Shown: positions 1 to 9,896 of the stretch, piece by piece
Numbering within the stretch: the first letter of the stretch is position 1
Layout: each line of letters begins with the position of its first letter
Source: a virus
Lineage: Duplodnaviria > Heunggongvirae > Uroviricota > Caudoviricetes
Virus record (IMG/VR): IMGVR_UViG_3300042890_002891
Coordinates: 32,001-96,000 of that record
Length of the DNA stretch: 64,000 nt
Reading direction: 5' to 3' (one strand)
The notes under the pieces: generated by a model
Databases searched by the model: none
The model's input: only the letters and a program-made list of their open reading frames with translations
Told to the model about the DNA's origin: nothing
Translations under genes and position numbers: made by a program

Positions 1-1
1 C

Positions 2-2017
2 TCAGATTGGGAATTAAATGGACACGGATTTGCCTGGGAAATTGTCAAGTGGTACTATAATTCTGTCAGCGCAGCCAGTCAAAGTTTTGACGGTATTATA
101 CCAAATCCGGTGCAGGTGCGAGTAACCAATCAAACACAAGGCCGTGAACTAAATCTTGGAACAGATTACATTGTAAATTGGGTCTCCAACACTGTGACTA
201 TTTTGACCAGTGTCAGTGCTCCTCCAGCAGCCAACGGTGATGTATTAGTTGTCAGCATATACGGCATGGGTGGTGGTAATCAACTGTACAAAACCAGTGT
301 CGATGGCGCCACTGTGGGGAATACCTTTAATATTCCTGTGGCTGTTAACGAAATTGAAGACATGGTAATTTTTGTCAACGGCGTATTGATAATCAATTAC
401 ACATTTGTTGCTGGAACAAACAATACCACAAACATCTTGTTTGCAAATTCCTATAGCGTGGCCGACGAACTTAACATCACTGCCATAGGATCCACAGATG
501 GATCCTTGCCCAACAGTTGGTCAACTCCACAAACGCAATACTTTGTGAGCGTTGGACAACTGGATTACAATCTTGACAACTCCTTGCAAGGAACCAATCC
601 TGCCAACCTAATTGTTGAACGAAATGGTATCCGAGCAAGACCACCCGAGGGTGCATACTACATTGCTGACGGCAGCTCAGCTTATCCACTACCCACTCGT
701 GGTGGATACAGCCTGGCTCTTGTGGCAGACAACGATGTTCGTGTGTGGGTCAACAATCAAGAACTTACCTTGTACAGCGAATTTACTGTAGAACCTTATG
801 TGCTCGACGACGACACCAGAGACGTGGAATTTGCAACACCACCATCGTCAGGATCAGAAGTCCTGATCAGTGTAAGCACCAAAGCAGACTATGTGTTACA
901 AAGTGATGGCAGCAGCTTGTATAGTAATGTGTTGGCGTGGCGCACTACCAATGGCTTTTATCCTATTGCAGGAGACATAATTTCTGTGACATCATGGAAT
1001 GACACAAGCCAACAAGAAATAGTAACTTTGGTATATCAAGGACCTGTGACAACAGGTGTAGTGGTTCCTGAGCCATATGATTCAACTGACTTTGACGTGG
1101 GCCTAGTAACTGGATCACCAGGCAGCTATGACTACTCAGCAGGACAACTGGTGACCACAAATGATTTTCAGTTGGGCAGAATTGTGCCTGATCCAACCAG
1201 AATGGTAGTGACCAAAAATGGCAATCGTATATTCTACGGTGATGATTACTTGATAGTTGGTGAGCAGTTGGTCATACACGGCCCTGTGATCAGCGTTATA
1301 GATGTTGTTGTTGCCCAGTTGTTTACAGACAGTGTTGTTCCTGAACAAATGGAATTCCGTATTTTCCAAGACATGCGTGGAGTACAAGCCACCTACAGAA
1401 TGACACCGTCAACCACAACTGCCCTGGCACAGGACTTGTACCTGGATCAGGACATAATTTATGTTGACAATGCAGCAGCGTTGACACAGCCAAACTTGGC
1501 AATCAATGTCTGGGGAGTGCTAACAATCAACGGTGAACGAATTATGTATCGTTACCTTGACATTGTGAACAACCTAGTAAGTGGACTACGCAGAGGAACA
1601 GCAGGAACAGCACCAGATGTGCATACAGCAGGCGCAATAGTATATAATCTGGGTCGTGGTAATTTGGCTCCTGAAGAGTACCAGGATCATGTGGTGTATA
1701 CCAACACTCTGGGCAACGGAACAGCAGTTACATTCAGTGCGCCAAACATTGATTTGAGTCAGTTGACCCTGTCGTTTGCCGAACAAGCAATTCTGGTGTT
1801 TGTGGGTGGCATCCGTGTCACTGTCGGATATACTGTGGATTCTGTGGCGCCTGCCACAGTAACCTTCGACACAGCACCCAACGACGGATACGAGGTTTCT
1901 ATACTGGTACGCCAAGGATTTGGCTGGTATCAACCAGCCAACGGCAATCCATCAGACGGACAAGCACTGCAAGTGACCAATACCGATGCAGCAAGGTTTT
2001 TCCGAGGACAAATCTAA
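2..2017 (+). CDS. Large virion structural protein (baseplate/tail-associated), 5'-truncated by window edge
   Basis: Frame is open from position 2; repeated beta-rich Thr/Val/Asn modules (V.VNG, L..G.DY) typical of large-phage baseplate proteins. Confidence 0.7.
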   Translation, partial: SDWELNGHGFAWEIVKWYYNSVSAASQSFDGIIPNPVQVRVTNQTQGRELNLGTDYIVNWVSNTVTILTSVSAPPAANGDVLVVSIYGMGGGNQLYKTSVDGATVGNTFNIPVAVNEIEDMVIFVNGVLIINYTFVAGTNNTTNILFANSYSVADELNITAIGSTDGSLPNSWSTPQTQYFVSVGQLDYNLDNSLQGTNPANLIVERNGIRARPPEGAYYIADGSSAYPLPTRGGYSLALVADNDVRVWVNNQELTLYSEFTVEPYVLDDDTRDVEFATPPSSGSEVLISVSTKADYVLQSDGSSLYSNVLAWRTTNGFYPIAGDIISVTSWNDTSQQEIVTLVYQGPVTTGVVVPEPYDSTDFDVGLVTGSPGSYDYSAGQLVTTNDFQLGRIVPDPTRMVVTKNGNRIFYGDDYLIVGEQLVIHGPVISVIDVVVAQLFTDSVVPEQMEFRIFQDMRGVQATYRMTPSTTTALAQDLYLDQDIIYVDNAAALTQPNLAINVWGVLTINGERIMYRYLDIVNNLVSGLRRGTAGTAPDVHTAGAIVYNLGRGNLAPEEYQDHVVYTNTLGNGTAVTFSAPNIDLSQLTLSFAEQAILVFVGGIRVTVGYTVDSVAPATVTFDTAPNDGYEVSILVRQGFGWYQPANGNPSDGQALQVTNTDAARFFRGQI

Positions 2018-2029
2018 GGTAAATAAATC

Positions 2030-2176
2030 ATGCAGCAAAATCAACAAACTCCCTCACAGCCGCCCAAACCGCAGCCTGTTGCTCGTCCAAACGAAAAAGG
2101 GTCAATTGCAGTTTCGGGGTTTGTAAAGATTTCAGATCCCAACACCAAACAAGTATTTGTGGAGACGCGAGCGTGA
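2030..2176 (+). CDS. 48-aa small virion-region protein (MQQNQQTPSQPPKPQPVARPNEKGSIAVSGFVKISDPNTKQVFVETRA)
   Basis: Below ORF-track cutoff; TAAATA at 2020-2025 just upstream; fills the intergenic gap; resembles the N-terminus of the next gene. Confidence 0.7.
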   Translation: MQQNQQTPSQPPKPQPVARPNEKGSIAVSGFVKISDPNTKQVFVETRA

Positions 2177-2182
2177 TTAAAT

Positions 2183-2818
2183 ATGAGCAAAGAAAAAGCG
2201 AACAACACCATGCTTATTAACACCTACGGTCCTATTATTAAAGGACACATTAAAATTACTGATCCAGTCACTGGAGAAGTACTAGTTGATAAAGACAATG
2301 CTATTCATTATGAAAACATGAGTATTAGCCTGGCTGAAACTTTGGCTCATAGAAATCAGGGCTGGATTTATGAAATGGCATTTGGCAACGGAGGAAGCTC
2401 AGTGGACCCCACTGGTGTTATCACCTACTTGCCTCCTAATACCACTGGTCAAAACGCTGATCTTTACAATGAAACCTATGCTAAAGTTGTTGATGATGAA
2501 TCAGCAGCCGATACTGATCCAATCAACAACAACATGACGGTGTTACACACCTCGGGCCAAGTGTATACAGATATCCTGGTCAGCTGTTTGTTGGACTACG
2601 GCGAGCCACCGGGGCAGCAAGCGTTTGATAATTCAACCAATTACAACGGGGAATATGTGTTTGACGAACTAGGACTCAAGGCCTGGACCGGAGAAGGTAA
2701 CGCATTGCGTTTGTTAACGCATGTGATTTTCCATCCAGTTCAGAAGAGTTTGAATCGTCAAATTCAAATTGATTATACTGTGCGTATACAGACCTTAACT
2801 AACCTGAGCGCAGCATAA
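2183..2818 (+). CDS. Virion structural protein (baseplate/tail)
   Basis: 211 aa; FDELGL...LTHVIFHPVQKS...IDYTVRI C-terminus; structural gene context; TAAATA overlaps start. Confidence 0.65.
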   Translation: MSKEKANNTMLINTYGPIIKGHIKITDPVTGEVLVDKDNAIHYENMSISLAETLAHRNQGWIYEMAFGNGGSSVDPTGVITYLPPNTTGQNADLYNETYAKVVDDESAADTDPINNNMTVLHTSGQVYTDILVSCLLDYGEPPGQQAFDNSTNYNGEYVFDELGLKAWTGEGNALRLLTHVIFHPVQKSLNRQIQIDYTVRIQTLTNLSAA

Positions 2819-2870
2819 ATATTAGTAGATTAACAGGTAATAAATACCTATAAGATTCGGAGCAAGCAAT

Positions 2871-4265
2871 ATGTCATACACAATCAATCTTACCGACGGT
2901 ACAATTTTTGCAGTAATAGCAGATGGTACCATCAATACCAGTTCAAGCATGATCCTGGTGGGTAAAAATTACGCCGGTTACGGCGAATTTCTGGACGAGA
3001 ATTATATCCACTTGTTGGAAAATGGTTCAAACACCACTGCGCCCGGCGCACCCTTGACAGGGCAATTGTGGTGGGATCAGACCACAGATACCATGAAAGT
3101 CTACAATGGAACTACATTCAAAGTAATTTCTGGTGCCACTGCAAGTGCGTCAGCGCCTACATCAAATGTGGCTGGTGATTTATGGTACGATTCAGTCAAT
3201 GCCCAACTTAAAGTTTATACCGGTACTGCCTTTTTGCTGGTAGGTCCTGCATTTACAGCAGGTACAGGAACCACAGGCGCAATTGTAAACACAATCACAG
3301 ACAGCAATGCTGTGAGTCACGTTGTGGTTGAAATGTATGTGGAAGACAGTGTTGTGAGTATCTTTAGCAAGGACCTGGCATTTACTCCTCAAGTTGCTAT
3401 CCCGGGATTTACCACAGTCAACCCTGGGGTCACAATGGCCAGTTCAATTTCGGGTGTGCCACAATTGTTCCAGGGCACAGCAACCAATGCACAGTTGCTG
3501 GATGGACTGGATTCAACAGACTTTTTGAGTTCTACCAGCAATGACTCTACAACGGGTACCCTGGGCATTGTTAATAATTCCGGACTGTCAGTGGGAACTA
3601 ACTCTGACTTCCGTGCAACAGTTACAGGCTCTGATGTGTATCTGCGTAACCAAACCAGCGACGGTAATGTGTACTTGCAAATCAACGATGGCGGCGTAAC
3701 AACCACCATGGTCACCTTGTTTGGTGCAAACAACATGACAGCTATTCGCGGATCAACTACAGTAAACACTGCTGGTGTGGCCACTGCCATTGTGAATGGC
3801 GCAGGCAATGCAATAGGCAACATTGGGTCAAGCTCAAGCTATTTCAATACTATATTTGCTCAAGCAACCACAGCACTGTATGCTGACGTTGCAGAACGTT
3901 TTGCTGCTGACGAAATATACCTGCCAGGCACAGTGGTCGAACTTGGCGGCACAAATGAAATTACTCGTGTCAAAGATGATGCTAGTGATCGAGTGTTTGG
4001 TGTGATTTCTACTAGACCAGCATTCACAATGAATGGTGGTGCTGGCGACAATGAAACTCATCCTCCAGTTGCCATGACAGGACGTGTGCCTGTGTTGGTA
4101 TTGGGCGTTGTGGCCAAAGGCGACAGATTAATTTCTGCAGGAGACGGCATTGCTCGTGCTGCTGCACCAGGCGAAGCCACAGCATTCAATGTTATTGGCC
4201 GTGCTCTAGTTGGAAAAACAACTGCTGAACTGGGCACAGTTGAAGCCATTGTTACAATAAATTAA
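2871..4265 (+). CDS. Tail fibre-like protein with C-terminal chaperone/peptidase-like domain
   Basis: GQLWWD/GDLWYD repeats, Thr/Gly-rich shaft, YADVAERF...GTVVELGG...VAMTGRVPV C-terminal domain. Confidence 0.7.
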   Translation: MSYTINLTDGTIFAVIADGTINTSSSMILVGKNYAGYGEFLDENYIHLLENGSNTTAPGAPLTGQLWWDQTTDTMKVYNGTTFKVISGATASASAPTSNVAGDLWYDSVNAQLKVYTGTAFLLVGPAFTAGTGTTGAIVNTITDSNAVSHVVVEMYVEDSVVSIFSKDLAFTPQVAIPGFTTVNPGVTMASSISGVPQLFQGTATNAQLLDGLDSTDFLSSTSNDSTTGTLGIVNNSGLSVGTNSDFRATVTGSDVYLRNQTSDGNVYLQINDGGVTTTMVTLFGANNMTAIRGSTTVNTAGVATAIVNGAGNAIGNIGSSSSYFNTIFAQATTALYADVAERFAADEIYLPGTVVELGGTNEITRVKDDASDRVFGVISTRPAFTMNGGAGDNETHPPVAMTGRVPVLVLGVVAKGDRLISAGDGIARAAAPGEATAFNVIGRALVGKTTAELGTVEAIVTIN

Positions 4266-4276
4266 CAGGAAAAAAA

Positions 4277-5254
4277 ATGACATACACATCTGGCAGCCTT
4301 ATACAAGCAGCAGACTACAACGGTTTTGCGGGCAATATCAATGCATTCTGGGGAACCACTGTCAGTGGATCTCAAGGATGGGGCCAGGCAAACGTTGCCT
4401 TTGTGAGTGGTGCCGGTGACGGCGTAGTAACAGCCACCAATTGGGCAACTCTGGTCAACAACCTGGCCGCCGCCAGCAATCAAACCGGCCAAGCCATCAC
4501 AACTAGAACAGCTCCTGTGACAGGAAATATTGTTTCTATTTTGGCCAATGTGGCCACTGATATCACAAACTTGACAACCAGCAGTGCCAATGCTGTTGCA
4601 TCAGGTACACAATACACTGCTTGGACAGGTACTGCAAGCAAAACCACTGCAACTGGATCTGGCTCTACTCCTTGGACCATCACATTTACAAATACAGTTA
4701 CCTGGGCCAGTGCCGACGCTGCTCGTTACTTCTGGAACGCAGGCGGGCTTGTCAAATGGGAAACATCCAAAACCGCAGACACAACCGCAGCCGACACAGA
4801 GTGGAATGACTTGGCCAACACACTGGTCGGTGACATCTATATCAGCAACGGAGCAGGCACACAAACAATTGCAGCAGTACCCTACACAGGAACAACTAAA
4901 GTTGGCGGAACAGGAACTCCCACCACGCTGTTGACCACAATTGGCTGGTATGACCTGACCACAACAGATACCACTATCTACAAACAATTTGCAGACACCA
5001 GTCCATACACCGGGCAGTACATACAGATCAATGCCAAAACAGCAGGCGCCGGAACACAATTGGTATTGACCACAACCTGGGTAGATCCCGGAGGTTCAGT
5101 AACAGGATCAAGTGATAACATTTCGGGTGGTACAGCAACCACTGGTATCACTTTTGGTACAGCACCTGCCACAGTGGTAACATATTTCCCACCAAGCTCA
5201 ACCTATTTGAGTGCTGCATGGGGAACACCTACTGTTGCTGCTACTGTTGCCTAA
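4277..5254 (+). CDS. Thr/Gly/Ala-rich virion structural protein
   Basis: 325 aa, composition and position after the fibre gene. Confidence 0.6.
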   Translation: MTYTSGSLIQAADYNGFAGNINAFWGTTVSGSQGWGQANVAFVSGAGDGVVTATNWATLVNNLAAASNQTGQAITTRTAPVTGNIVSILANVATDITNLTTSSANAVASGTQYTAWTGTASKTTATGSGSTPWTITFTNTVTWASADAARYFWNAGGLVKWETSKTADTTAADTEWNDLANTLVGDIYISNGAGTQTIAAVPYTGTTKVGGTGTPTTLLTTIGWYDLTTTDTTIYKQFADTSPYTGQYIQINAKTAGAGTQLVLTTTWVDPGGSVTGSSDNISGGTATTGITFGTAPATVVTYFPPSSTYLSAAWGTPTVAATVA

Positions 5255-5271
5255 TTGGTAATATTCCAGCG

Positions 5272-5298
5272 GTAAAGGGCCTTAGGCCCTTTACTTTT
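5272..5298 (+). terminator. Intrinsic terminator ending the structural operon
   Basis: GTAAAGGGCC-TTA-GGCCCTTTAC followed by TTTT. Confidence 0.8.
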
Positions 5299-5318
5299 AT
5301 CTAGATTTGTTGTATAAT
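5290..5318 (+). promoter_or_regulatory. Sigma70-type promoter, probably leaderless transcript
   Basis: TTTACT-17 nt-TATAAT; ATG begins 5 nt after the -10 box. Confidence 0.6.
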
Positions 5319-5323
5319 ACAGC

Positions 5324-5629
5324 ATGGATACTGATGCTTTAATTGCCCACGCACGAGTACGTTTTGATCATGTGGCTGCTCGCCGCGTACTAAAAGAAAA
5401 ATACCAAGCCCGTATGTTGTTTGCCTACCGCGGCGGAATGTGGCGTGCTGATCCTGAACTGCTGGTACTGTTGGCCACTGTGCCTCCAGGCGATGCAGTG
5501 GTGTTGGACCTGTATGAAACTCCGGTACAGGTCAATCCTGAACAACTACGAGGCCTGGCCATGCAGTTATGGCAAGAGCAAATGAATGCATGGCTAGTGG
5601 AACTTGATCAACAACGTCAACTACGATGA
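5324..5629 (+). CDS. Hypothetical protein
   Basis: 101-aa ORF, first gene of a coupled operon. Confidence 0.7.
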   Translation: MDTDALIAHARVRFDHVAARRVLKEKYQARMLFAYRGGMWRADPELLVLLATVPPGDAVVLDLYETPVQVNPEQLRGLAMQLWQEQMNAWLVELDQQRQLR

Positions 5630-6438
5630 CCTGCGGTGCGTTAATATTTGCCTTCAACAACGAAGCCACCGACTATGTGAGCATGGCTGCCTGGAGTGCA
5701 GGTCGTATTCGCCACCATCTGGGCATACCAGTTGCTGTTGTGACCAACAGCCAAGATCCTGCACTAAACAAAATGTTTGATCAAGTTATCTACGCAGAGC
5801 CTGAATCAGGTGGCACAAGATTTTTTGAAGACTACAACTCAACCGTGACCTGGCACAATGCCGGTAGAGCAGATGCATACTCTCTCACTCCTTGGGAACA
5901 GACGCTAGTACTGGATGCAGACTATGTGGTGGCCAGTTCGCAGTTGAGTCTGGTGCTGGACAGTAATCGTGATTTCATGTGTCACGATCGTGCTTACGAT
6001 ATTGCAAAATCTCGATTGCTGGATGAACTAAACACATTTGGCGAACATCGCCTGCCCATGAGCTGGGCCACTGTGATGATGTTTCGCAAGAGCAACACTG
6101 CTGCCTACATATTTGACTGTATGCACATGGTGCGACACAACTGGGACCATTACAGAGCCTTGTACAAGATTCAGAAAAGTACCTATCGCAATGACTTTGC
6201 ACTGAGCATTGCTCTAGGAATCATCAGCGGCGGCACCTGGAGAGTCGACAGTATTCCCTGGAGTTTGGCCAGTATCCTGCCCGAGTATGACCTGGAACAA
6301 ATTGCCACTACTGACGAAACATTCAAAATTACGCATCGTGCGTCTGATGGAGGAAATTTGTACTGTGCCCTAAATGGCGTGGACTTTCATGCCATGGGCA
6401 AAAAACATCTAGGAGACATCATTGAAGCCCATAGCTGA
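5626..6438 (+). CDS. Glycosyltransferase-like protein (GT-A fold)
   Basis: LVLDAD DxD motif, RND and C-terminal H; ATGA overlap. Confidence 0.6.
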   Translation: MTCGALIFAFNNEATDYVSMAAWSAGRIRHHLGIPVAVVTNSQDPALNKMFDQVIYAEPESGGTRFFEDYNSTVTWHNAGRADAYSLTPWEQTLVLDADYVVASSQLSLVLDSNRDFMCHDRAYDIAKSRLLDELNTFGEHRLPMSWATVMMFRKSNTAAYIFDCMHMVRHNWDHYRALYKIQKSTYRNDFALSIALGIISGGTWRVDSIPWSLASILPEYDLEQIATTDETFKITHRASDGGNLYCALNGVDFHAMGKKHLGDIIEAHS

Positions 6439-7204
6439 ACAAGGCTACTTGATTGTGGCCTGTAATTCCACCACAGTTGACTATGTTGACTGTGCCAGAT
6501 CTCTGGTCCGAACATTAAAAATGCACAATCCTGCTGCTGAAGTTTGCCTGGTCACAGATTCGGAATGCACCGATCCTGTGTTTGATTATGTGCGCTATAT
6601 TACCAATGCGAATCCTGCTAATCCATACGAGAATGACTGGCAGGCGTTTTATCAAACTCCGTTTCGTGAAACCATCAAGCTGGAAGCAGACATGTGGATT
6701 GTGAGCAACATTGACCACTGGTGGGATATGTTTAGACACAGAGATCTTGTGATATCAACTGGCTGCAGAACCTGGAGAGATCAAGTCAGCCACAATAGAC
6801 ATTATCGAAAAATATTTGATGACAACAACTTGCCCGATGTATACAACGCTATCACCTACTGGCGTCTTAGTCAAACAGCACAGGAGTTTTTTGTACTGGT
6901 ACGCAACATATTTGCTCATTGGGCAGAGTATCGTAAACTGTTGAAGTTTCCTGAAGATGTTCCATCCACTGATGTGGTGTATGCTATGGCAGCACAAATT
7001 ATAGGTGCTGAATCAGTCACTTTGCCATTTGCAACATATCCCAAAATGGTGCATATGAAACAGCATCATGCAGGAACACGAACCGAAGACTGGACACAGG
7101 AGTTGGTATGGGAATACCGCAACAAGCAACTGCGGATACAAACACACGCACAATGGGGAGCTTTTCATTATCATGTCAAACAAGCAGCCACTCAGTGTAG
7201 ATGA
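6422..7204 (+). CDS. Glycosyltransferase-like protein (GT-A fold), paralogue of upstream gene
   Basis: TPFRETIKLEAD motif aligns with TPWEQTLVLDAD upstream. Confidence 0.55.
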   Translation: MKPIAEQGYLIVACNSTTVDYVDCARSLVRTLKMHNPAAEVCLVTDSECTDPVFDYVRYITNANPANPYENDWQAFYQTPFRETIKLEADMWIVSNIDHWWDMFRHRDLVISTGCRTWRDQVSHNRHYRKIFDDNNLPDVYNAITYWRLSQTAQEFFVLVRNIFAHWAEYRKLLKFPEDVPSTDVVYAMAAQIIGAESVTLPFATYPKMVHMKQHHAGTRTEDWTQELVWEYRNKQLRIQTHAQWGAFHYHVKQAATQCR

Positions 7205-7526
7205 TTTCTGGGCAGCACTCAGTGCCATGCCTGCACCTGAGCCGGTGTTCTACAGACTATACTACAACAGCGATGGTTATCCTGTGGCGTATTCAATGGA
7301 GGATATTCCGGGACTGTATGTTGAAATAGATCAGACTACCTATAATGCAAACAACAAGCACATTAGAGTTGTTGACGGAAAGATTGTGACCCAACGGTTT
7401 AATAGAATAACTAAACTTGTGCCTGCTGACTCTGGATCCCCTTGTCATCCTGACAATGTCGCTGTAATCGTCAGTGAGCACAAGCCCCACCAAAAATGGA
7501 CCAAGAAAACTTATGAACCAAATTGA
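7173..7526 (+). CDS. Hypothetical protein
   Basis: Start moved to ATG 7173 (MSNKQP); YRLYY motif. Confidence 0.6.
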   Translation: MSNKQPLSVDDFWAALSAMPAPEPVFYRLYYNSDGYPVAYSMEDIPGLYVEIDQTTYNANNKHIRVVDGKIVTQRFNRITKLVPADSGSPCHPDNVAVIVSEHKPHQKWTKKTYEPN

Positions 7527-8439
7527 CATTGCAGATCTTGATTGTGTATACTTGACCTATGATGAACCCAAGAAAGAAGAAAACTGGGTCAAGATCAGAA
7601 ACATGATACCATGGGCTCGTCGTGTAGACGGAGTTCGAGGGTCTGACGCAGCACACAAGGCCGCAGCAGACGCCAGTACTACTGAGCGTTTTGTTCTGAT
7701 TGACGGAGATAACATTCCTGATGCTAAATTTTTCAATCAAACATTGATATTTCCCACTGCTGATTATGAATCTGCTGTGTTTCGTTGGAAAGCAAGAAAC
7801 GCCATCAATGGACTCATGTACGGCAATGGTGGACTGAGCTCATGGACGCGGCAATATGTGCAAAACATGAACACACATGAAAACACAGACGGTCGTACAG
7901 AAACACAAGTAGAGTTTTGTTTTGATCCGTTATACTGGCCCATGCACGACTGTTACTCAACCACCTATCCCAATGGATCAGCATTTCATGCCTGGCGTGC
8001 AGGATTCCGTGAAGGTGTAAAGATGTGCCTGAATCGTGGAGCAAGACCCACACTAGCAGAGTTCAAGGATCAAGTGCATCAACGAAATCTAGATCATCTC
8101 ACAATATGGCACAACATAGGTGCAGATGTAGAATACGGTTACTGGGCCATGGCCGGCGCTAGACAAGGCACCTACATGACCATGCTCACAAACTGGGATT
8201 ACCTGCAGGTGCAGAACTTTGATGCACTAGCCGAACTATGGAACACTGTGGAATCAGAACAGCCTGAGATTCTGGCCAATAGAATTGCTGACGAATTGCA
8301 CACACAGTTGGATCTGCCCATGCACATGCTCACTGTAGAAGCCAGTGAATTCTTTAAACGACACTATAGATCAAACTGGCACAATCAAGGCGTAATGGTT
8401 CGTGAGATTGATGTAATACGACAACAAGAAGGATGGTAA
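7513..8439 (+). CDS. Glycosyltransferase-like protein
   Basis: YDEP, DGVRGSDAAHKAAA, LIDGDN, NGLMYGNGG, AWRAGFREGVK. Confidence 0.6.
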   Translation: MNQIDIADLDCVYLTYDEPKKEENWVKIRNMIPWARRVDGVRGSDAAHKAAADASTTERFVLIDGDNIPDAKFFNQTLIFPTADYESAVFRWKARNAINGLMYGNGGLSSWTRQYVQNMNTHENTDGRTETQVEFCFDPLYWPMHDCYSTTYPNGSAFHAWRAGFREGVKMCLNRGARPTLAEFKDQVHQRNLDHLTIWHNIGADVEYGYWAMAGARQGTYMTMLTNWDYLQVQNFDALAELWNTVESEQPEILANRIADELHTQLDLPMHMLTVEASEFFKRHYRSNWHNQGVMVREIDVIRQQEGW

Positions 8440-8440
8440 T

Positions 8441-8965
8441 ATGCTCAAACCAATTTATTTAAATTATGATTTTTCAAAGATTTTATCTGCTGACTATTCG
8501 CAACATGAGGGTAGTTGCATCAGTCATTTGGCCACAGAGTTAGCAGATGATTATGCGCCATACGGCGGTCTTCCAGGATCATACTGTTATGAAAACACAA
8601 AGATACATCAGTTATGGTGGACCAATGATGACATTGACTTTGATGAGATTGGGCATAAATTAAACATGCAAGTGATTACTGTTAGTAGTATATGCCAGCC
8701 TCCGGGATGTATAGTTCCTTTGCATCGAGACACTTTTTATCAAATCAATCAACGTTGTCCAGAACGAACAGAACTCAAAGTCCGAGCCAACATCTATCTT
8801 GAAGATTGGAAACTAGGGCAGTTTATACAATATGACAATGACATCAGTGCTAAATGGAAAGTAGGTGAAGGATTTATGTGGGATTCTACTCATTTACATC
8901 TTTCAGCCAATGCAGGCATGCAAAACAAATATACCTTACAAGTATCAGGATTTTTAAAACAATAA
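8441..8965 (+). CDS. Cupin / 2OG-Fe(II) oxygenase-like protein
   Basis: PLHRD (HxD) and distal H (HLSAN) metal ligands. Confidence 0.6.
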   Translation: MLKPIYLNYDFSKILSADYSQHEGSCISHLATELADDYAPYGGLPGSYCYENTKIHQLWWTNDDIDFDEIGHKLNMQVITVSSICQPPGCIVPLHRDTFYQINQRCPERTELKVRANIYLEDWKLGQFIQYDNDISAKWKVGEGFMWDSTHLHLSANAGMQNKYTLQVSGFLKQ

Positions 8966-8966
8966 G

Positions 8967-9896
8967 ATGTTCACTATAATTTGCAACAATGACAAAATTT
9001 GGAATCAACTCGAGTTGATCGACTATCTTGTCAAGAACCAAGACAAAACAGTTGAGTTAGATATAAATCCTGAAGCAACATGCCTGACAAATCTTGGTGT
9101 ATATCAATTATTAGATCTTTTTAGTTTTAAACAGGTGAACATTTACACTTGGAATCCTTTAGAATACCACCCTAAATATCAAATCAAATTGGTAGATACA
9201 AATTATGTATTAAAAAAAACAATACAAATACCCACTCAACTGCAAACATGGGATCAAACAAAAATTTTCTTTTGTTTTTATGGTCGCCCTACTGCTGGTA
9301 GATTGGGGTTAGCAGGACATTTGTTCAAGAAGTACAACCAACAAAGTTTAATTCATTTTTCAACAGACACCGACGACTATTATAAATTTGAATTTGATAA
9401 GCTATTGTCGTATGATACAGCTAGTGTACCCGACGCCAGTGCTCTGCTACAACATCTTCCAATTCTACAATCAAGCAACAATCAATATTCACCGCTTGAA
9501 TATGATTTCCGTGACAAACTTACAGAGCTTTATCAAAGTATTTTAATAGATGTAGTAGGAGAAACTTTTGTTCAAGGAACAACATTTTTTCCTTCAGAAA
9601 AAACTACCCGGCCCATGCTACTGAAAAAACCTTTTGTAACATTTGCATCACAAGATCATATGGCGTATCTTCGGCAGATGGGATTCCAAACATTCCACGG
9701 ATTTTGGGACGAAGATTATGATGGATTTGAAGGGAGAGACCGGTTGATTCGGCTATATCAAGTTATTGGTGATGTAGCAAACCGGCCAATGAATGAATTA
9801 GTTGACATGTATAAAGAAATGCAACCAATCCTGGACCATAATTACAATTTACTAATGTCTCAAAGTTACAACAAAACTATAACAAAAATAATATGA
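8967..9896 (+). CDS. GT-B-like family protein (ET...SEKT.RP motif), paralogue 1
   Basis: VVGET...FPSEKTTRPM...LRQMGFQTF...WDEDYD. Confidence 0.55.
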   Translation: MFTIICNNDKIWNQLELIDYLVKNQDKTVELDINPEATCLTNLGVYQLLDLFSFKQVNIYTWNPLEYHPKYQIKLVDTNYVLKKTIQIPTQLQTWDQTKIFFCFYGRPTAGRLGLAGHLFKKYNQQSLIHFSTDTDDYYKFEFDKLLSYDTASVPDASALLQHLPILQSSNNQYSPLEYDFRDKLTELYQSILIDVVGETFVQGTTFFPSEKTTRPMLLKKPFVTFASQDHMAYLRQMGFQTFHGFWDEDYDGFEGRDRLIRLYQVIGDVANRPMNELVDMYKEMQPILDHNYNLLMSQSYNKTITKII

